Notes: generated from the letters alone by a model not told the origin. A stretch of 64,000 bases of DNA from Eledone cirrhosa (GCA_964016885.1 OZ024741.1:12772001-12836000), one strand, 5' to 3'; positions 18,001 through 30,673 are shown, counted from the stretch's first letter. A program made the numbers and translations.

Positions 18001-21000
18001 CACACATCTACTGAGTTACATACACACACATCTACTGAGTTACATACACACACATCTACTGAGTTACATACACACACATCTACTGAGTTATATACACACA
18101 TCTACAGAGTTACATACACACACATCTACTGAGTTACATACACACACATCTACTGTGTCACATACACACACATCTACTGTGTCACATACACACACATCTA
18201 CTGAGTTACATACACACACATCTACTGTGTTACATACACACACATCTACTGTGTTACATACACACACCTACTGAGTTACATACACCCATCAACTGAGTTA
18301 CATACACCCATCAACTGAGTTACATACACCCATCAACTGAGTTACATAGACGCATATCTAGAGTCACATACACACACATCAACTGAGATACATACACACA
18401 TCTACTGAGTAACTACACACACATCTACTGAGTTACATACACACACATCTACTGAGTTACATACAAACATCTACTGAGTTACATACACACACATCTACTA
18501 TGTTACATACACACACACATCTACTGAGTTACATACACACATCTACTGAGTTACATACACACACATCTACTGTGTTACATACACACACATCTACTGAGTT
18601 ACATACACACATCTACTGTGTTACATACACACACATCTACTGTGTTACATACACACACATCTACTGTGTTACATACACACACATCTACTGAGTTACATAC
18701 ACACACATCTACTGAGTTACATACACACATCTACTGAGTTACACACACATATTTACTGAGTTACATACACACACCTCTGCTGAGTTACATATTTACTGAG
18801 TTACATACGCACACCTACTGAGTTACATACACACATCAACTGAGTTACATACACGCTTATCTACACAGTCACATACATACATCAACCGAGTTACATACAC
18901 ACATCAACCGAGTTACATACACACATCTACCGAGTCACATACACACACATCTACTGAGTTTCATACAAACATCTACTGAGTTACATACACACATCTACTG
19001 AGTTACATAAACACGCATCTACTGAGTTACATACACACATCTACTGAGTTACATACACACACATCTACTGTGTTACTTACACACATATCTACTGAGTTAC
19101 ATACACACACATCTACAGAGTTACATACACACACATCTACAGAGTTACATACACACACATCTACAGAGTTACATACACACACATCTACAGAGTTACATAC
19201 ACACACATCTACAGAGTTACATACACACACATCTACAGAGTTACATACACACACATCTACAGAGTTACATACACACACATCTACAGAGTTACATACACAC
19301 ACATCTACAGAGTTACATACACACACATCTACAGAGTTACATACACACACATCTACAGAGTTACATACACACACATCTACAGAGTTACATACACACACAT
19401 CTACAGAGTTACATACACACACATCCACAGAGTTACATACACACACATCTACTGAGTTACATACACACACATCTACTGAGTTACATACACACACATCTAC
19501 TGAGTTACATACACACACATCTACTGAGTTACTTACACACACATCTACTGTGTTACTTACACACACATCTACTGTGTTACTTACACACACATCTACTGTG
19601 TTACTTACACACACATCTACTGTGTTACTTACACACACATCTACTATGTTACTTACACACACATCTACTGTGTTACTTACACACACATCTACTGAGTTAT
19701 ATACACACATCTACTGAGTTATATACACACATCTACTGAGTTACATACACACATCTACTGAGTTACATACACACATCTACTGAGTTACATACACACACAT
19801 CTACTGTGTTACATACACACACATCTACTGAGTTGTATACACACATCTACTGAGTTGTATACAAACATCTACTGAGTTACATACACACACATCTACTATG
19901 TTACATACACACATACACATCTACTGAGTTACATACACACATCTACTGAGTTACATACACACACATCTACTGAGTTACATACACACACATCTACTGTGTT
20001 ACATACACACACATCTACTGAGTTACACACACATATTTACTGAGTTACATACACACACCTCTGCTGAGTTACATATTTACTGAGTTACATACACACACCT
20101 ACTGAGTTACATACACACATCAACTGAGTTACATACACGCTTATCTACACAGTCACATACATACATCAACCGAGTTACATACACACATCAACCGAGTTAC
20201 ATACACACATCAACCGAGTTACATACACACACATCTACTGAGTTACATACACATACATCTCCTGAGTTACACACACACAAAACTACTGAGTTACATACAC
20301 ACACATCTACTGAGTCACATACACACACATCTACTGAGTTTCATACAAACATCTACTGAGTTACATACACACATCTACTGAGTTACATAAACACGCATCT
20401 ACTGAGTTACATACACACATCTACTGAGTTACATACACACACATCTACTGTGTTACTTACACACACATCTACTGAGTTACATACACACATATCTACTGTG
20501 TTACATACACACACATCTACTGAGTTACACACACATATTTACTGAGTTACATACACACACCTCTGCTGAGTTACATATTTACTGAGTTACATACACACAC
20601 CTACTGAGTTACATACACACATCAACTGAGTTACATACACACATCAACTGAGTCACATACATACATCTACTGAGTTACATACACACATCTACTGAGTTAC
20701 ACACACATATTTACTGAGTTACATACACACACCTCTGCTGAGTTACATATTTACTGAGTTACATACACACACCTACTGAGTTACATACACACATCAACTG
20801 AGTTACATACACGCTTATCTACAGAGTCACATACACACATCAACCGAGTTACATACACACACATCTACTGAGTTACATACACATACATCTCCTGAGTTAC
20901 ACACACATACATCTCCTGAGTTACACACCCACACATCTACTGAGTTACATACACACACATCTACTGAGTCACATACACACACATCTACTGAGTTACATAC

Positions 21001-21229
21001 ACGCATCTACTGAGTTACATACACACATCTACTGAGTTACATACACACATATCTACAGAGTTACATACACACACATCTACCGAGTTACATACACACACAT
21101 CTACCGAGTTACATACACACACATCTACCGAGTTACATACACACACATCTACCGAGTTACATACACACACATCTACCGAGTTACATACCCTCACATCTAC
21201 CGAGTTACATACCCTCACATCTACTGAGT
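1..21229. repeat. Satellite array, 22-24 bp monomer (TTACATACACACACATCTACTGAG and variants) with higher-order repeats
   Basis: Continuous tandem repeat from the window start. Rare variants recur about 7.5 kb and then about 4.9 kb apart (e.g. CTAGAATCAC near 4683, 12161, 17076). Confidence 0.98.
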
Positions 21230-21255
21230 TTCGTGATTTAAGAATTTTAGCAGAA

Positions 21256-21489
21256 AGTCACGATTTGGGTCAAAATAGTAGTCACTACCTGGGTTAGTAG
21301 TCACGACCTTGTGCAAAGGTACGAGTCAGGACCTGGATCAAAGACAGTAGTCACGACCGGGGTCAAAGGTAGTAGTCACGACCTGGGCCATAGGTAGTAG
21401 TCACGACCTGGGCCAATGATAGTAGTCACGACCTGGGTCAAAGGTAGTAGTCACGACCTGGGCCAAAGACAGTAGTCACGACCTGGGTT
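21256..21489. repeat. Degenerate ~25 bp tandem repeat (AGTAGTCACGACCTGGGTCAAAGGT), about 9 copies
   Basis: AGTAGTCACGACC recurs at about 25 bp spacing immediately after the large satellite. Confidence 0.85.
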
Positions 21490-21863
21490 CTAAAATGCTA
21501 TTTATTATCTAGCATTAAAATAAGCTTCACGGACCCTGGCTAGAGTTGCGTCCCTTTAGAGTTTACCGGTAAAATAAGCTTAAAAAGCATGTTTGTCTAT
21601 TTTGCTGGGACCGGCTACATAGCCTATTCCTAAAATATACCACGGACTTCACGTCAATATATGAATTCAACATGTGTGTACACCAAGGATTTGTAAATTG
21701 CTCTCAGTTCTCTCGCAAGCCTCTGCTTTATCCATTATCGTCATATATTTTCTGTTTCCTTCTCCAGTTCACAAATAACTGGTCTGTTGTCCTTTCTCCG
21801 TTAAATTTCGTTTAGCTAGAAATACCAGCCAGGTAGGACACAGTAGATCAAGCTAGAAATAAC

Positions 21864-22024
21864 GGTCTTGTAGTGCACCTAGTTCTTACAGTGCCCCGAG
21901 TCCTTATAGAGCTCATAGTCCTTGTGGTGCCCCGAGTCATTGTAGGGCCTCAAGTCCTTACAGTGCCCTAGTCCTTGTAGAACTCCTAGTCTCTGTACAG
22001 CTCCTAGTCGCTGTATAGTCCCTA
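21864..22024. repeat. Degenerate ~19-20 bp tandem repeat (AGTCCTTGTAGTGCCCC-like)
   Basis: About 8 diverged copies of gtccttg/atag...cct/ccg. Confidence 0.65.
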
Positions 22025-22389
22025 TGTTTCAACCAAGTCAGCCATATCAAAAAGACAGCCAATGAAATTATTACTTTTGGCTCTGCTGTGTAGTTAACAT
22101 TGCTGGAATAATTAATCTCACTGCGTTTTTGCTTTTCTCTTTGTTTGCTCTATAGTGTCAATGTCATCATGCTATAAGTTAATCTATATTTCACGTTCTA
22201 CATGCATGATTATCATAAACAAACATGTCAACTTTTATTGATATTTGATAGCTAATAATAAATGACTACATTAATAAATGTTGAGCATAAAAAAATTGGG
22301 AAATTGAAAAGTAGGTATACACCGTACCTCCACGTATTACACCATTCCGTTCCATTTCTATCATTATATATATATATAGTAAAGAATAA

Positions 22390-22720
22390 GTATGCAAAAT
22401 TCTTAGCTTCCTAGACAAGCACTTCCCTATAGGGCATAAATACAGATCTATCTTTAATAAACACGGTGAAACTTGGATATCCCTGTGCTAAAAATATATG
22501 AAAATTCTCATCACCACCAAACCCAAGAGCTATTTTCCACCCGGATGCTCTTGTAGAAAGCCGAAATCATACCCACAACAGTGTAACACACCCGCAGTCG
22601 TCTATGAGGCTGAAGTTACATCCACTCGACTGAATCAACAGCAGGTGGTCAAAACGTGTGGTATGTCAGAGGGGCGGTTTAAAGAACGCTCACAGGACAG
22701 GTCGCAGGCCTATAGCTAGT
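22390..22720 (+). pseudogene. Penelope-like element relic (RT thumb/linker plus GIY-YIG endonuclease N-half)
   Basis: Translates as KFLSFLDKHFPIGHKYRSIFNK, a frameshift, then GCSCRKP...AVVYEAEVTS...GMSEGRFKER. This resembles PLE FLxLIDKHFP..H..IFN and CxC..VY.A.V...G.TE..FK.R motifs. Confidence 0.75.
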
Positions 22721-22774
22721 GTATGCAACATGAAATGGAAACTGCTATAGATTTTTCAAACAAACCACTCTACA

Positions 22775-22992
22775 TAAGGCCTGAACGCCTCCCTTGTTAA
22801 CCCGCGTGAAGGAGACCTAGGGGTAGACTTCGAGCAGGATGGTTGAATAACATCCATGAGCTTGGCTGGTCTCACTTGGGGATCCAGCCGGATCAGTTGG
22901 AGACGATTGCATCTGACAGGACCCCATGAAGGAGTGGTGAGAGGACTCTGCCTCCACGAACCCCTCGGAATAAGTGGGCGCAGAAGAAGAAG
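22775..22992 (+). mobile_element. RTE-clade LINE 3' end fragment
   Basis: RRPRGRLRAGWLNNI...IASDRTP C-terminal motif followed by a (GAA)n tail. Confidence 0.65.
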
Positions 22993-23149
22993 TTATTTAT
23001 ATATTTAACGAGGTGAATATTTGAAATGTGAAGTAGTCAACAATCAGTCGAACTGGTTGGTAAATTGTATTGTGATTGTGTTCGTTACAACAACGAATTA
23101 TGAAGAAAGTTTCACACAACATTCAAGGTCACACTAACAATTGTATCAT

Positions 23150-23450
23150 GTTCGACTTCTGTCGGTTACAACGATGAGTGTTCCAGTTGATAAGATCAAC
23201 ATATAGCTTGCTTGTGTAATTAACGTGCTGGTAGCTGAACATTCCACAGACACGTATTAATGTAGTTCTCAGGAAGATTCAGTGTAACTCAATATGTGAC
23301 ATGCCTGGTCCTTTGAATTACATGTACAACTCATTTTTATCAGCCGAGTGGACTGGATCAACGTGAAATAAAGTGTCTTATTCTAGGACACAACGCGCCA
23401 TCGAGAATCGAACTCTTGACCAATCGATCGTGTGTCGAACACCGTAAACC
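23150..23450 (-). mobile_element. tRNA-derived SINE (family B), diverged
   Basis: Shares GTGAAATAAAGTGTCTT..GGACACAAC..GAATCGAACTC with the copies at 45520, 52560 and 53190. B-box GAGTTCGATTC on the minus strand. Confidence 0.7.
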
Positions 23451-23489
23451 ATAACAGTAGTTTTCTTTCTGATATTGACACAGGGTGAA

Positions 23490-23805
23490 CAATTATATTC
23501 ATCTCAGTACTGAAACGATACTTTATTTGATCGACCCAAGAAGGGTTAAAGAGGAACTTAACCTCGGCGGGATTTGAACGTTAAGAGCCATAACTAAATA
23601 ACGCAAAACATTTTATCAGACGTTCAAATGATTCAGTAAATTCATCGTCCTCAATGGTTTCTAATGTTAGCAATTTGGAGAGGGAGTCAATTATAACAAC
23701 CCAGTACTCGACTGGTACTTTAGTTCATAAATCTCGGAAGGATTAAAGTAAAGTTGACCTCGGTAAGATTTGACCTCAGAACATTGGAAAGGTGAAATAA
23801 ATACC
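23490..23805 (-). mobile_element. Two diverged tRNA-SINE family A copies
   Basis: ACTTTA..TCGACCC..AAGG..AAAG..AACCTCGGCGGGATTTGAAC is the reverse complement of the family A core. Confidence 0.7.
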
Positions 23806-24331
23806 AGCCTCGCAAGACTCCCAATCTCAATCCACTGACCTCAGTAGTAAATAATAATAATAAAAAAATACTAAATTACGATAGGGATGATAAATAAACA
23901 CACACATGTATATATAAAGTATGTATATATGTATATACACCAGTGTGTGTGATTCGAACAACGTCAAGGTAAATTAGCATTGAAATTACAGATACCGGTG
24001 TGTATATATATATATATATATATCACACCATAGACAACAGAGGATACTGTTGCTGTTGTCCCTCTCCGACTAAAAGCCTTCCCCCCTCGGAAAACCCCCA
24101 GTTGATGGATGCGAAATCCGAAATATAGGGACAATTAAATCACTTCCAAGGTAACTCTATCTCGTGTTATTATTTTTACACTCTTTCCTACGTTCCTCTA
24201 CACCCTATACGTCTCGTTCTACATTTCCTCTTACATCTCTCTCATTACCACCGGATTCTTTACCCGGAGATATTTACCCATTTACATTGTTGAGGCTTCT
24301 AAAACGACCAATTATATATATATATATATAT

Positions 24332-24548
24332 CTAAGGCGGGTAAAATTCCCGAGATCCATGGACGAGTTCTCTCCAGCGGTCTCTGTCCCTCATTATCGC
24401 TGCCATATCCTGCATCTCCAACAGACCAGTGTCTGTCCTTAGGGCATCAACATATGTTAACCTTGGTCTTCCTCTTCTAGTGTGTCCATGTAGGGGCTCC
24501 CAAAGGATCACTGAGTGCAATGTCAACTCTGGATGTCGGTGAGCATGT

Positions 24549-24550
<2 letters not shown>
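24332..24550 (-). pseudogene. RTE-like LINE ORF C-terminal fragment
   Basis: GHAHRHPE...WEPLHGHTRRGRPRLTYVDAL...MRDRDRWR matches the GH..R / RGRP...D / DR..WR tail of RTE ORFs. Bounded by (TA)n. Confidence 0.8.
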
Positions 24551-24581
<31 letters not shown>

Positions 24582-24584
<3 letters not shown>

Positions 24585-25887
24585 GGTGTTCGGGATAAAT
24601 TTGACAGTTTCATCAGGAAAAAGAAAAAGTGCTTGGTATCTACAAAATTTATTTGATTTAAAAGAAATTCAATGGACAAGGAAATTACACTATTGTCAAA
24701 GAGTTTTACTCAAAATAACCGCCATTAGCGTCTATTACAGCCTCAATCCGGGCCCGGAACCTGGAGCAAGCTGATTTTACACTTTCCCTGGGAAGGCCCT
24801 CAAAAACTACTTTAATTCTGTCGATTAACTGGGCTTTTGTAGTACTGGCATGGCGATTGGTGTCTTTCTCTACAGCGTCCCATACATAATAGTCCATCGG
24901 CTTAAGATCAGGGGAGTTCGGAGGCCAAACATTGGGACTGGTGTAGTCGTAAAAATTGGCTGACAACCATTTTTGACTTTTCCCCGAGGTGTGGCAGGGG
25001 GCCGAATCCTGCTGCCATACATGCGGCCTATTATTGGCTACCCTTGTTATCCAGGGCTTAACTACAGTGGTTAGCAATTCCACGTAGGCATCTGAATTCA
25101 ACCTGAGACCCTGTTTGAAAAAATGCGGAGGCATCACATCACCCTCGGAGGACACACATCCGAAAACCATGACAGTTTGGGGAAATTTAGTCTGCATGAC
25201 TCGAGGAGTGTCCTTTGGACTGTATGCAAGCCATCTGTTATTCTGCGCGTTGTGTTTTTGATCTTGGCAAAAGTTTTTCTCATCGGAAAAGAACCAGATT
25301 GTTTGTGCTTCAGCAGGATGTTTCACTTTGCTCAGAAGTTTCTTCGCCTTTGTCAGACGATTTTCGTGGGCCTTTTCTGTGAGAAGTTGACCTCTGCGAC
25401 GCTTGTATGAGTAGTAGCGAAGGTCTTCATTGAGTGCAATTTTCATAGTAGAGGCTGAAACATTCAATTCACGCGACAAAGACCGAATTCCGATGCCAGG
25501 GTCCTCCAACACTTTTTTCTGCAGATTTTCGAGGAATTCTGCTGTGCGAGAGCAATCAGATCTTCTGTTATGTTTCTTTCTTCTAGCCACAGCCTCGTAG
25601 TCTCCATTGCAATTCTCCAGTTCATGCCGGATTGTTTTTACAGTGTTCAGGGAGCATTGAGCAGCGACCATAATCTCCTTATTTTGATGGCCGGCGCGAA
25701 TCATCATGATACAAGTTATTCTCTTCCATGATTCAGGTGGCTCCCAGTCATCCATTCTCGTTGTCATCACATATATGAATGAAGGAGGGTTTAAACTTTC
25801 AAATAAAGCCTAGTGGGCATGAATGAATTTAAAACATCTGAAAAAACAACCAAATATTATTCTGTCAAATTTATCCCGAACACCCTG
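24582..25887 (-). mobile_element. Full-length Tc1/mariner DNA transposon, DD37D (maT-type), 1306 bp
   Basis: Perfect 26 bp TIRs CAGGGTGTTCGGGATAAATTTGACAG at 24582-24607 and 25862-25887. TA flanks within (TA)n. Internal transposase ORF. Confidence 0.95.
24706..25770 (-). CDS. DD37D transposase, 354 aa, uninterrupted ORF
   Basis: FFSDEK, QQDSAPCH and WPPNSPDLKPMDY motifs, with 37 residues between the 2nd and 3rd Asp. N-terminal HTH-like region. Confidence 0.92.
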   Translation of the reverse strand: MMTTRMDDWEPPESWKRITCIMMIRAGHQNKEIMVAAQCSLNTVKTIRHELENCNGDYEAVARRKKHNRRSDCSRTAEFLENLQKKVLEDPGIGIRSLSRELNVSASTMKIALNEDLRYYSYKRRRGQLLTEKAHENRLTKAKKLLSKVKHPAEAQTIWFFSDEKNFCQDQKHNAQNNRWLAYSPKDTPRVMQTKFPQTVMVFGCVSSEGDVMPPHFFKQGLRLNSDAYVELLTTVVKPWITRVANNRPHVWQQDSAPCHTSGKSQKWLSANFYDYTSPNVWPPNSPDLKPMDYYVWDAVEKDTNRHASTTKAQLIDRIKVVFEGLPRESVKSACSRFRARIEAVIDANGGYFE

Positions 25888-25901
25888 TATATATATATAT
25901 A

Positions 25902-25985
25902 TATAACGAAGGAATTGTAGTAAGGAACCAGATGAACCATAACGCACCAGAGTACTCAATACTTAGGGTAGTAGAGTGGGTAATA
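25902..25985 (-). mobile_element. Short repeat terminus (probable Penelope-type end), same family as 39437-39518 and 39700-39783
   Basis: Near-identical ATAACGAAGGA..GTAAGGAACC..CCATAACGCACCAG.GTACTCAATACTTAGGGTAGTAGAGTGGG in three places. Confidence 0.7.
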
Positions 25986-26039
25986 TATACCAACCTCACT
26001 CAGGCTAAACATTGTCATCAAAACCGCTAATAAAGGTGA

Positions 26040-27567
26040 TAGTGTGGTGTGCACAGCTCTACTGGACTGAGGCCCTCCGCCAGCTTCACAACACCCATTT
26101 CACCGGCCTTTATCTTCTGATCCCACCCCAGGCTACCAACATACCGTATCCTCAACCATTTGCCAACTCATCCGCTCCTCTCTCTTACCCCTTACTTCCA
26201 CTAATCTTATAGTACACACCCCTTTATACACCCACCATCTTCGTTTCCGCTTGAAACCCTCCTGGCCCCCTTAGTAACCGACCTCCCCTCCTACATCGAC
26301 GACACTAACCATGCTCTTCAATTATTTAACTCCTTCTCTTCTGGCCCCACCCACCGTCTCTTTACCATGGACATTAACTCTGTCTACACCATCATCCCTC
26401 ACGATGACGGCCTCTGTGCCCTACACCCTATCCTAGCACTTTTACTCTCCTCCACCATGCTCAGCTCCTTCTCACTTTCAATGTTTTTTTTTTCTTTTCA
26501 GGAGAGTTTTATCAACAGGTCTCTAGGGTAGCCATGGGATACAAGAGTGGGTCCTAACTACGCCAACTTATTCCTTAGCTACGTTTAGTCCTCGATCTCT
26601 TCTCAGTACACAGGACCGACCCTTCGGTGTCACTTCTCTCTCTCAATCAACAGCTCAACTCCTTTCTTTCCTTCGTCCAGTCATTTCATCCTGTCCTCAC
26701 CTTCACCACCTCTGTCTAAAACTATTTAGTTCAACCTCTCTCTCTCTCTACCTCCATCTTCTATAAGCTCACTGAATCCTACTCCTACCTCCACTTCACC
26801 TCCTCCCACCCACACCCTACCTTCAATTCCTCCGACTTTGTCGGCTCTGTAGCCAAAACCACAATTTCGAGACTCAGTCACAACACATGGCCTCCCGCTT
26901 CATCCAGCGTATATATATCCCCCACCCTGATCTAAGATGCCCTCACCTGCGCCCGTGAAACCGACCTATCACAGCTACCCACATCCGCCTAACTTTCTCT
27001 CTCACCTACCACCACATCACCCCACCTCTCCGGCGACATATTCTTCTTTGTTTCTGCACTCCCTATTCTGACCCCGTCACTTCAAGCTTCTTTCCAAACA
27101 CATCCATCGCCGCCTTTAAGCGTGCCCCTAATTTATGTGACCTCCTGGTACGCAGTTCCTTCCCTTCCTCTCTTAGGACTCCACCTGGCTCCCGTCCTTC
27201 TTCTTATCCCCGCTGTCACACCTGTCCTTTCATTTCTAACCTTATCACTCTCACAGACACTAACGGTTCTTTCGCCGTAGTCTATCCCCCCGCCCCCCAG
27301 TGTTCCCTTTGAGGGTACATCGGACAAACAGGCCGCTACTTGGCGGACTGTTTCGTCGAACACTTGAGGGACATACGATTCGGCATGTATACCCCCGTTG
27401 CTCGTCATTTCAGTTCCTCAGGCCTCTCATCCTTGCATGCCTCAGTCCTTGGTGTCCTTTTACATCAGGGAAAGATGGTCCCACGTACCAGGACTGAGCA
27501 GTGTCTGGTTTTCCGCCTTGGGTCCAGTTTCCTTAATGGACTCAACTCCTCTTCCCAATTTCTTTAA
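26040..27567 (+). pseudogene. Degenerate Penelope-like retroelement (RT plus GIY-YIG endonuclease)
   Basis: LFTMDINSVYTIIPHDDGL (26358), GEFYQQV..VAMG, NYANLF, SIFYKLTESYSYLHFTSSHP, then GYIGQTGR..EHLRDIR..PVARHF..EQCLVFRLG..GLN. Multiple frameshifts. Confidence 0.9.
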
Positions 27568-27814
27568 TCCTGCACATATAGGTTTGATCTTACTTCTATA
27601 CCCCTAGCCACTATCATATATATGTAAAGTGTAATTAATATATATTTATATATATATATATTATGTATAATAGATATTCCCTCTACTAAACAGTGGTGGT
27701 CATAATTGGACCCCGAAACCTTAGGTCGCGCATGCATGTTAAGTGTATGAAATTTCAATTATACTAAATATGTTCTCTTGCAATAGATTGGGCAATTTTG
27801 CTGTGTGCGCGCGC

Positions 27815-27859
<45 letters not shown>

Positions 27860-27867
27860 ATCAATTA

Positions 27868-28500
27868 AACCTAGGTTCAAGGGGACGCCCCGAGAATGGA
27901 GAAGGGGGTCCCCAGACTTCCCCAGCCCATATCTTTTTTTTTTACCAATTTTTTCCCTCTATTTTTTCATGTGCTTCCATCTAATCTTACCCCCGAACAT
28001 GCTGCAAAGGCCCTTTTCCTGGAGAATGGACAGGGAAGAAGGGGTGGTTCTCTTCTTTTCTCCGGGGTTAACGTTAGAGTCTGTCAGAGTTTATATTATG
28101 GTTAAGGTTAGTAGTAAAGAGTACTCCGGAGTGACATGTCCTATTTTCCTTCCTTGCCCCTCCGTGGGCAAGGTTGACATGTCCCATTTCCTCTCCTTAC
28201 CCCTCCGTGGGCAAGGCGACGTCCTATTTTCCTTCCTTACTCCTCCGTGGGCAAGGTAACATGTCCTATTTTCCTTCCTTAATCCTCTGTGGGCAGGGTG
28301 ACATGTCCTATTTTCCTTCCTTACCCCTCCGTAAAAGTCATTTACAGCATGTTTGGTGGTAAGATTAGTTGGTAGCTCACGAAAAAAACGAGGAAAAAAT
28401 AAATGGCAAAGAAAGCTCGGGATTAAAAGCCCGAGGTTCCACACTCCCTTTTCCGGGGTTAAAAGTCCTTTATAACATATTAGGAGGTAAGTTTATTTGA
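27868..28500. mobile_element. Unclassified non-autonomous element with internal 42 bp tandem repeats (x5, 28132-28332) and a short inverted repeat
   Basis: GACATGTCCTATTTTCCTTCCTTACCCCTCCGTGGGCAAGGT repeats. AATCTTACCCCCGAACATGCTG (27983) is inverted relative to CAGCATGTTTGGTGGTAAGATT (28345). Confidence 0.5.
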
Positions 28501-28782
28501 TAGCACGCACCCCAAAACGAGGTAAAAAAGATTATTTCCCACTGAAATCGGTGGAGGTGTCTTTCTATAAATCTACCTATATAAATACACACACACACAT
28601 ATATATAAATATACACACACACATATATATAAATATACACACACATATATATCCGTGTGTTGTTGACAGCTGAGAGAAAAGAGTATTCAATACCGAAGTA
28701 GAGTTTTTGTCTGTTGACCCTGAAATAAACAAACGAAACTCTACAGTAACAAGACTCACTAGCACACACACATGTATGTACG

Positions 28783-28823
<41 letters not shown>

Positions 28824-29208
28824 CATACACACATCTACGTATGTATGTATTTATATACACCGGAGCCGAGCAGTCACTACTGTCACAAAGAATGAGAGAA
28901 AGAGCGAGAAAATAAGGGGAAGTGATATTACCTGTTTCGAGTTTTAATAGCAGGACAATAAAACGGTTACAAATATACCTGCATACGATTACCAACAGTT
29001 TGACACACCTACATTTATAACACACATACATTGTAAGTACTCAGTGAAGCTCGACACACAGAGGACGGCGACAGTTCTGAACACATGCTCTCGTTTTACC
29101 CAAGTTTTTATCGGAGGCTTCATGACGGCGATAGTCCTCAATCTTATACACAGGACATAATATACATTGACATATATCTATCTGGATTTAATCTTATTAC
29201 TTCGGGTC

Positions 29209-29482
29209 ATGACCAACTCAGAGGAAACTCGGGCACATTTGCAAGAAGACTTGGTGTCCGGTGATCTAGGTTTAGGGCTAGGTTTAAAACCGGGTGGTTT
29301 CAAACCAAATGTTAGTGCTGCTGGTGTTGATGATGATAGTGGTAGTTATGAGAAATCGGTGGCTGTCATGCGGAACTGTCGGACTCCACCGTTTTACATT
29401 CATCCAACACACACCAGTTCTTCTGTAAATCGAGACACTACACGCCGTACCGTCTGCCACCAGTGTATGACAACTCACCAAG
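29209..29482 (+). CDS. CCDC125: CCDC125-like gene, first coding exon (ends phase 1)
   Basis: ATG at 29209. EDLVSGDLGLGLGLKPGG resembles the CCDC125 N-terminal motif DDMTEGDLGYGLGRKPGG (recalled, not searched). Strong donor AAG|GTAAGA. Confidence 0.82.
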
Positions 29483-29516
29483 GTAAGAACTAATACACAT
29501 CTCTCTCTCTCTCTCT

Positions 29517-29603
<87 letters not shown>

Positions 29604-29942
29604 TTCTACAGGACTAGAACTGTTTCATTCGGGAAAAATATATATATATCAATTAAAAAGTTATGTCATTAATATTTAGACATCTCAACGGATGGATAAA
29701 ATATAGATAAATAATCGAACTCGGAGAAATAATTAACCATTGAACTTAAGCCAAATGCTCAATTTAGTGGGATATAAGTTAGACCGACTAGAATATGTCT
29801 GTCAATATATATATATATTGTATGTATATATATAAATATATATATATTGTATATATATTATAGTTAAAACAAAAACAAAGCGAAGAGTCCAGTACAAAGT
29901 GTTAGTATTAGGTTCACGCTTGAGAGTGGGGGATGGGGGACA

Positions 29943-29975
<33 letters not shown>

Positions 29976-29984
<9 letters not shown>

Positions 29985-30263
29985 GTACATACATATATGT
30001 ATACAGAAGTACAGTAGTATGTATATATATATACATACATGCACATATATATATGTACGTATGGATTTACCGAACATTTATTATAATGCTCGGTTTGTTT
30101 GTAAACAAACATCCAGAATTAAGCCGTTGCCCTTTTGTTCAACACTGACAAATAAATGCTCGGTAAATCCATACGTACATATATATATATGTGTGCATGT
30201 ATGTATATATATATACATACTACTGTACGTCTGTATACATATATATATATGTACGTGTACATA
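29976..30263. repeat. Inverted repeat, ~107 bp arms, ~68 bp spacer
   Basis: ...GTACGTATGGATTTACCGAACATTTATT versus AATAAATGCTCGGTAAATCCATACGTAC..., extending through the AT-rich flanks. Confidence 0.85.
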
Positions 30264-30531
30264 CATATATTTAAGTAGCAGCCGTACTAAGAGTGAGAAA
30301 TGAAATTTCGTTTCATGTTTTCCATATATATATATATACATACATACAAATGGAAGTTTAGTAAAATCGAAGTTTTGGCTGTGGCCAAGATAACGATATA
30401 CAATCAGGAATGTGCAGCAAAGCACTCGATAAGGTTGTCACCTTGGAGTAGTAATAACATACGTTAGAGAGCTTGACAAATTGGAGACTGCGACCGGTGA
30501 CCCAGCCACATGAACCAAACCAACTCAGGTG

Positions 30532-30567
<36 letters not shown>

Positions 30568-30617
30568 TAAAGGTTAAACAAGGTTCAATGAATAAATCAA
30601 ATAAAGTTTTACAATAG

Positions 30618-30673
<56 letters not shown>

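Noticed and set aside
627-21218. Many ORFs of CVCNSVDV / STELHTHT repeats
   Set aside because: Translations of a 24 bp satellite, open on both strands and broken wherever 22-mers occur.
21670-21820. Purine-rich minus-strand stretch resembling an exon of a divergent gene
   Set aside because: Stops in all frames over a short span, no convincing donor and no recognisable homology.
24055-24134. Possible hammerhead (TTGTCCC...GGAT-GCGAA-ATCC-GAAATATA-GGGACAA)
   Set aside because: Stems are suggestive, but there is no acceptable CUGANGA adjacent to stem I; at best a decayed relic.
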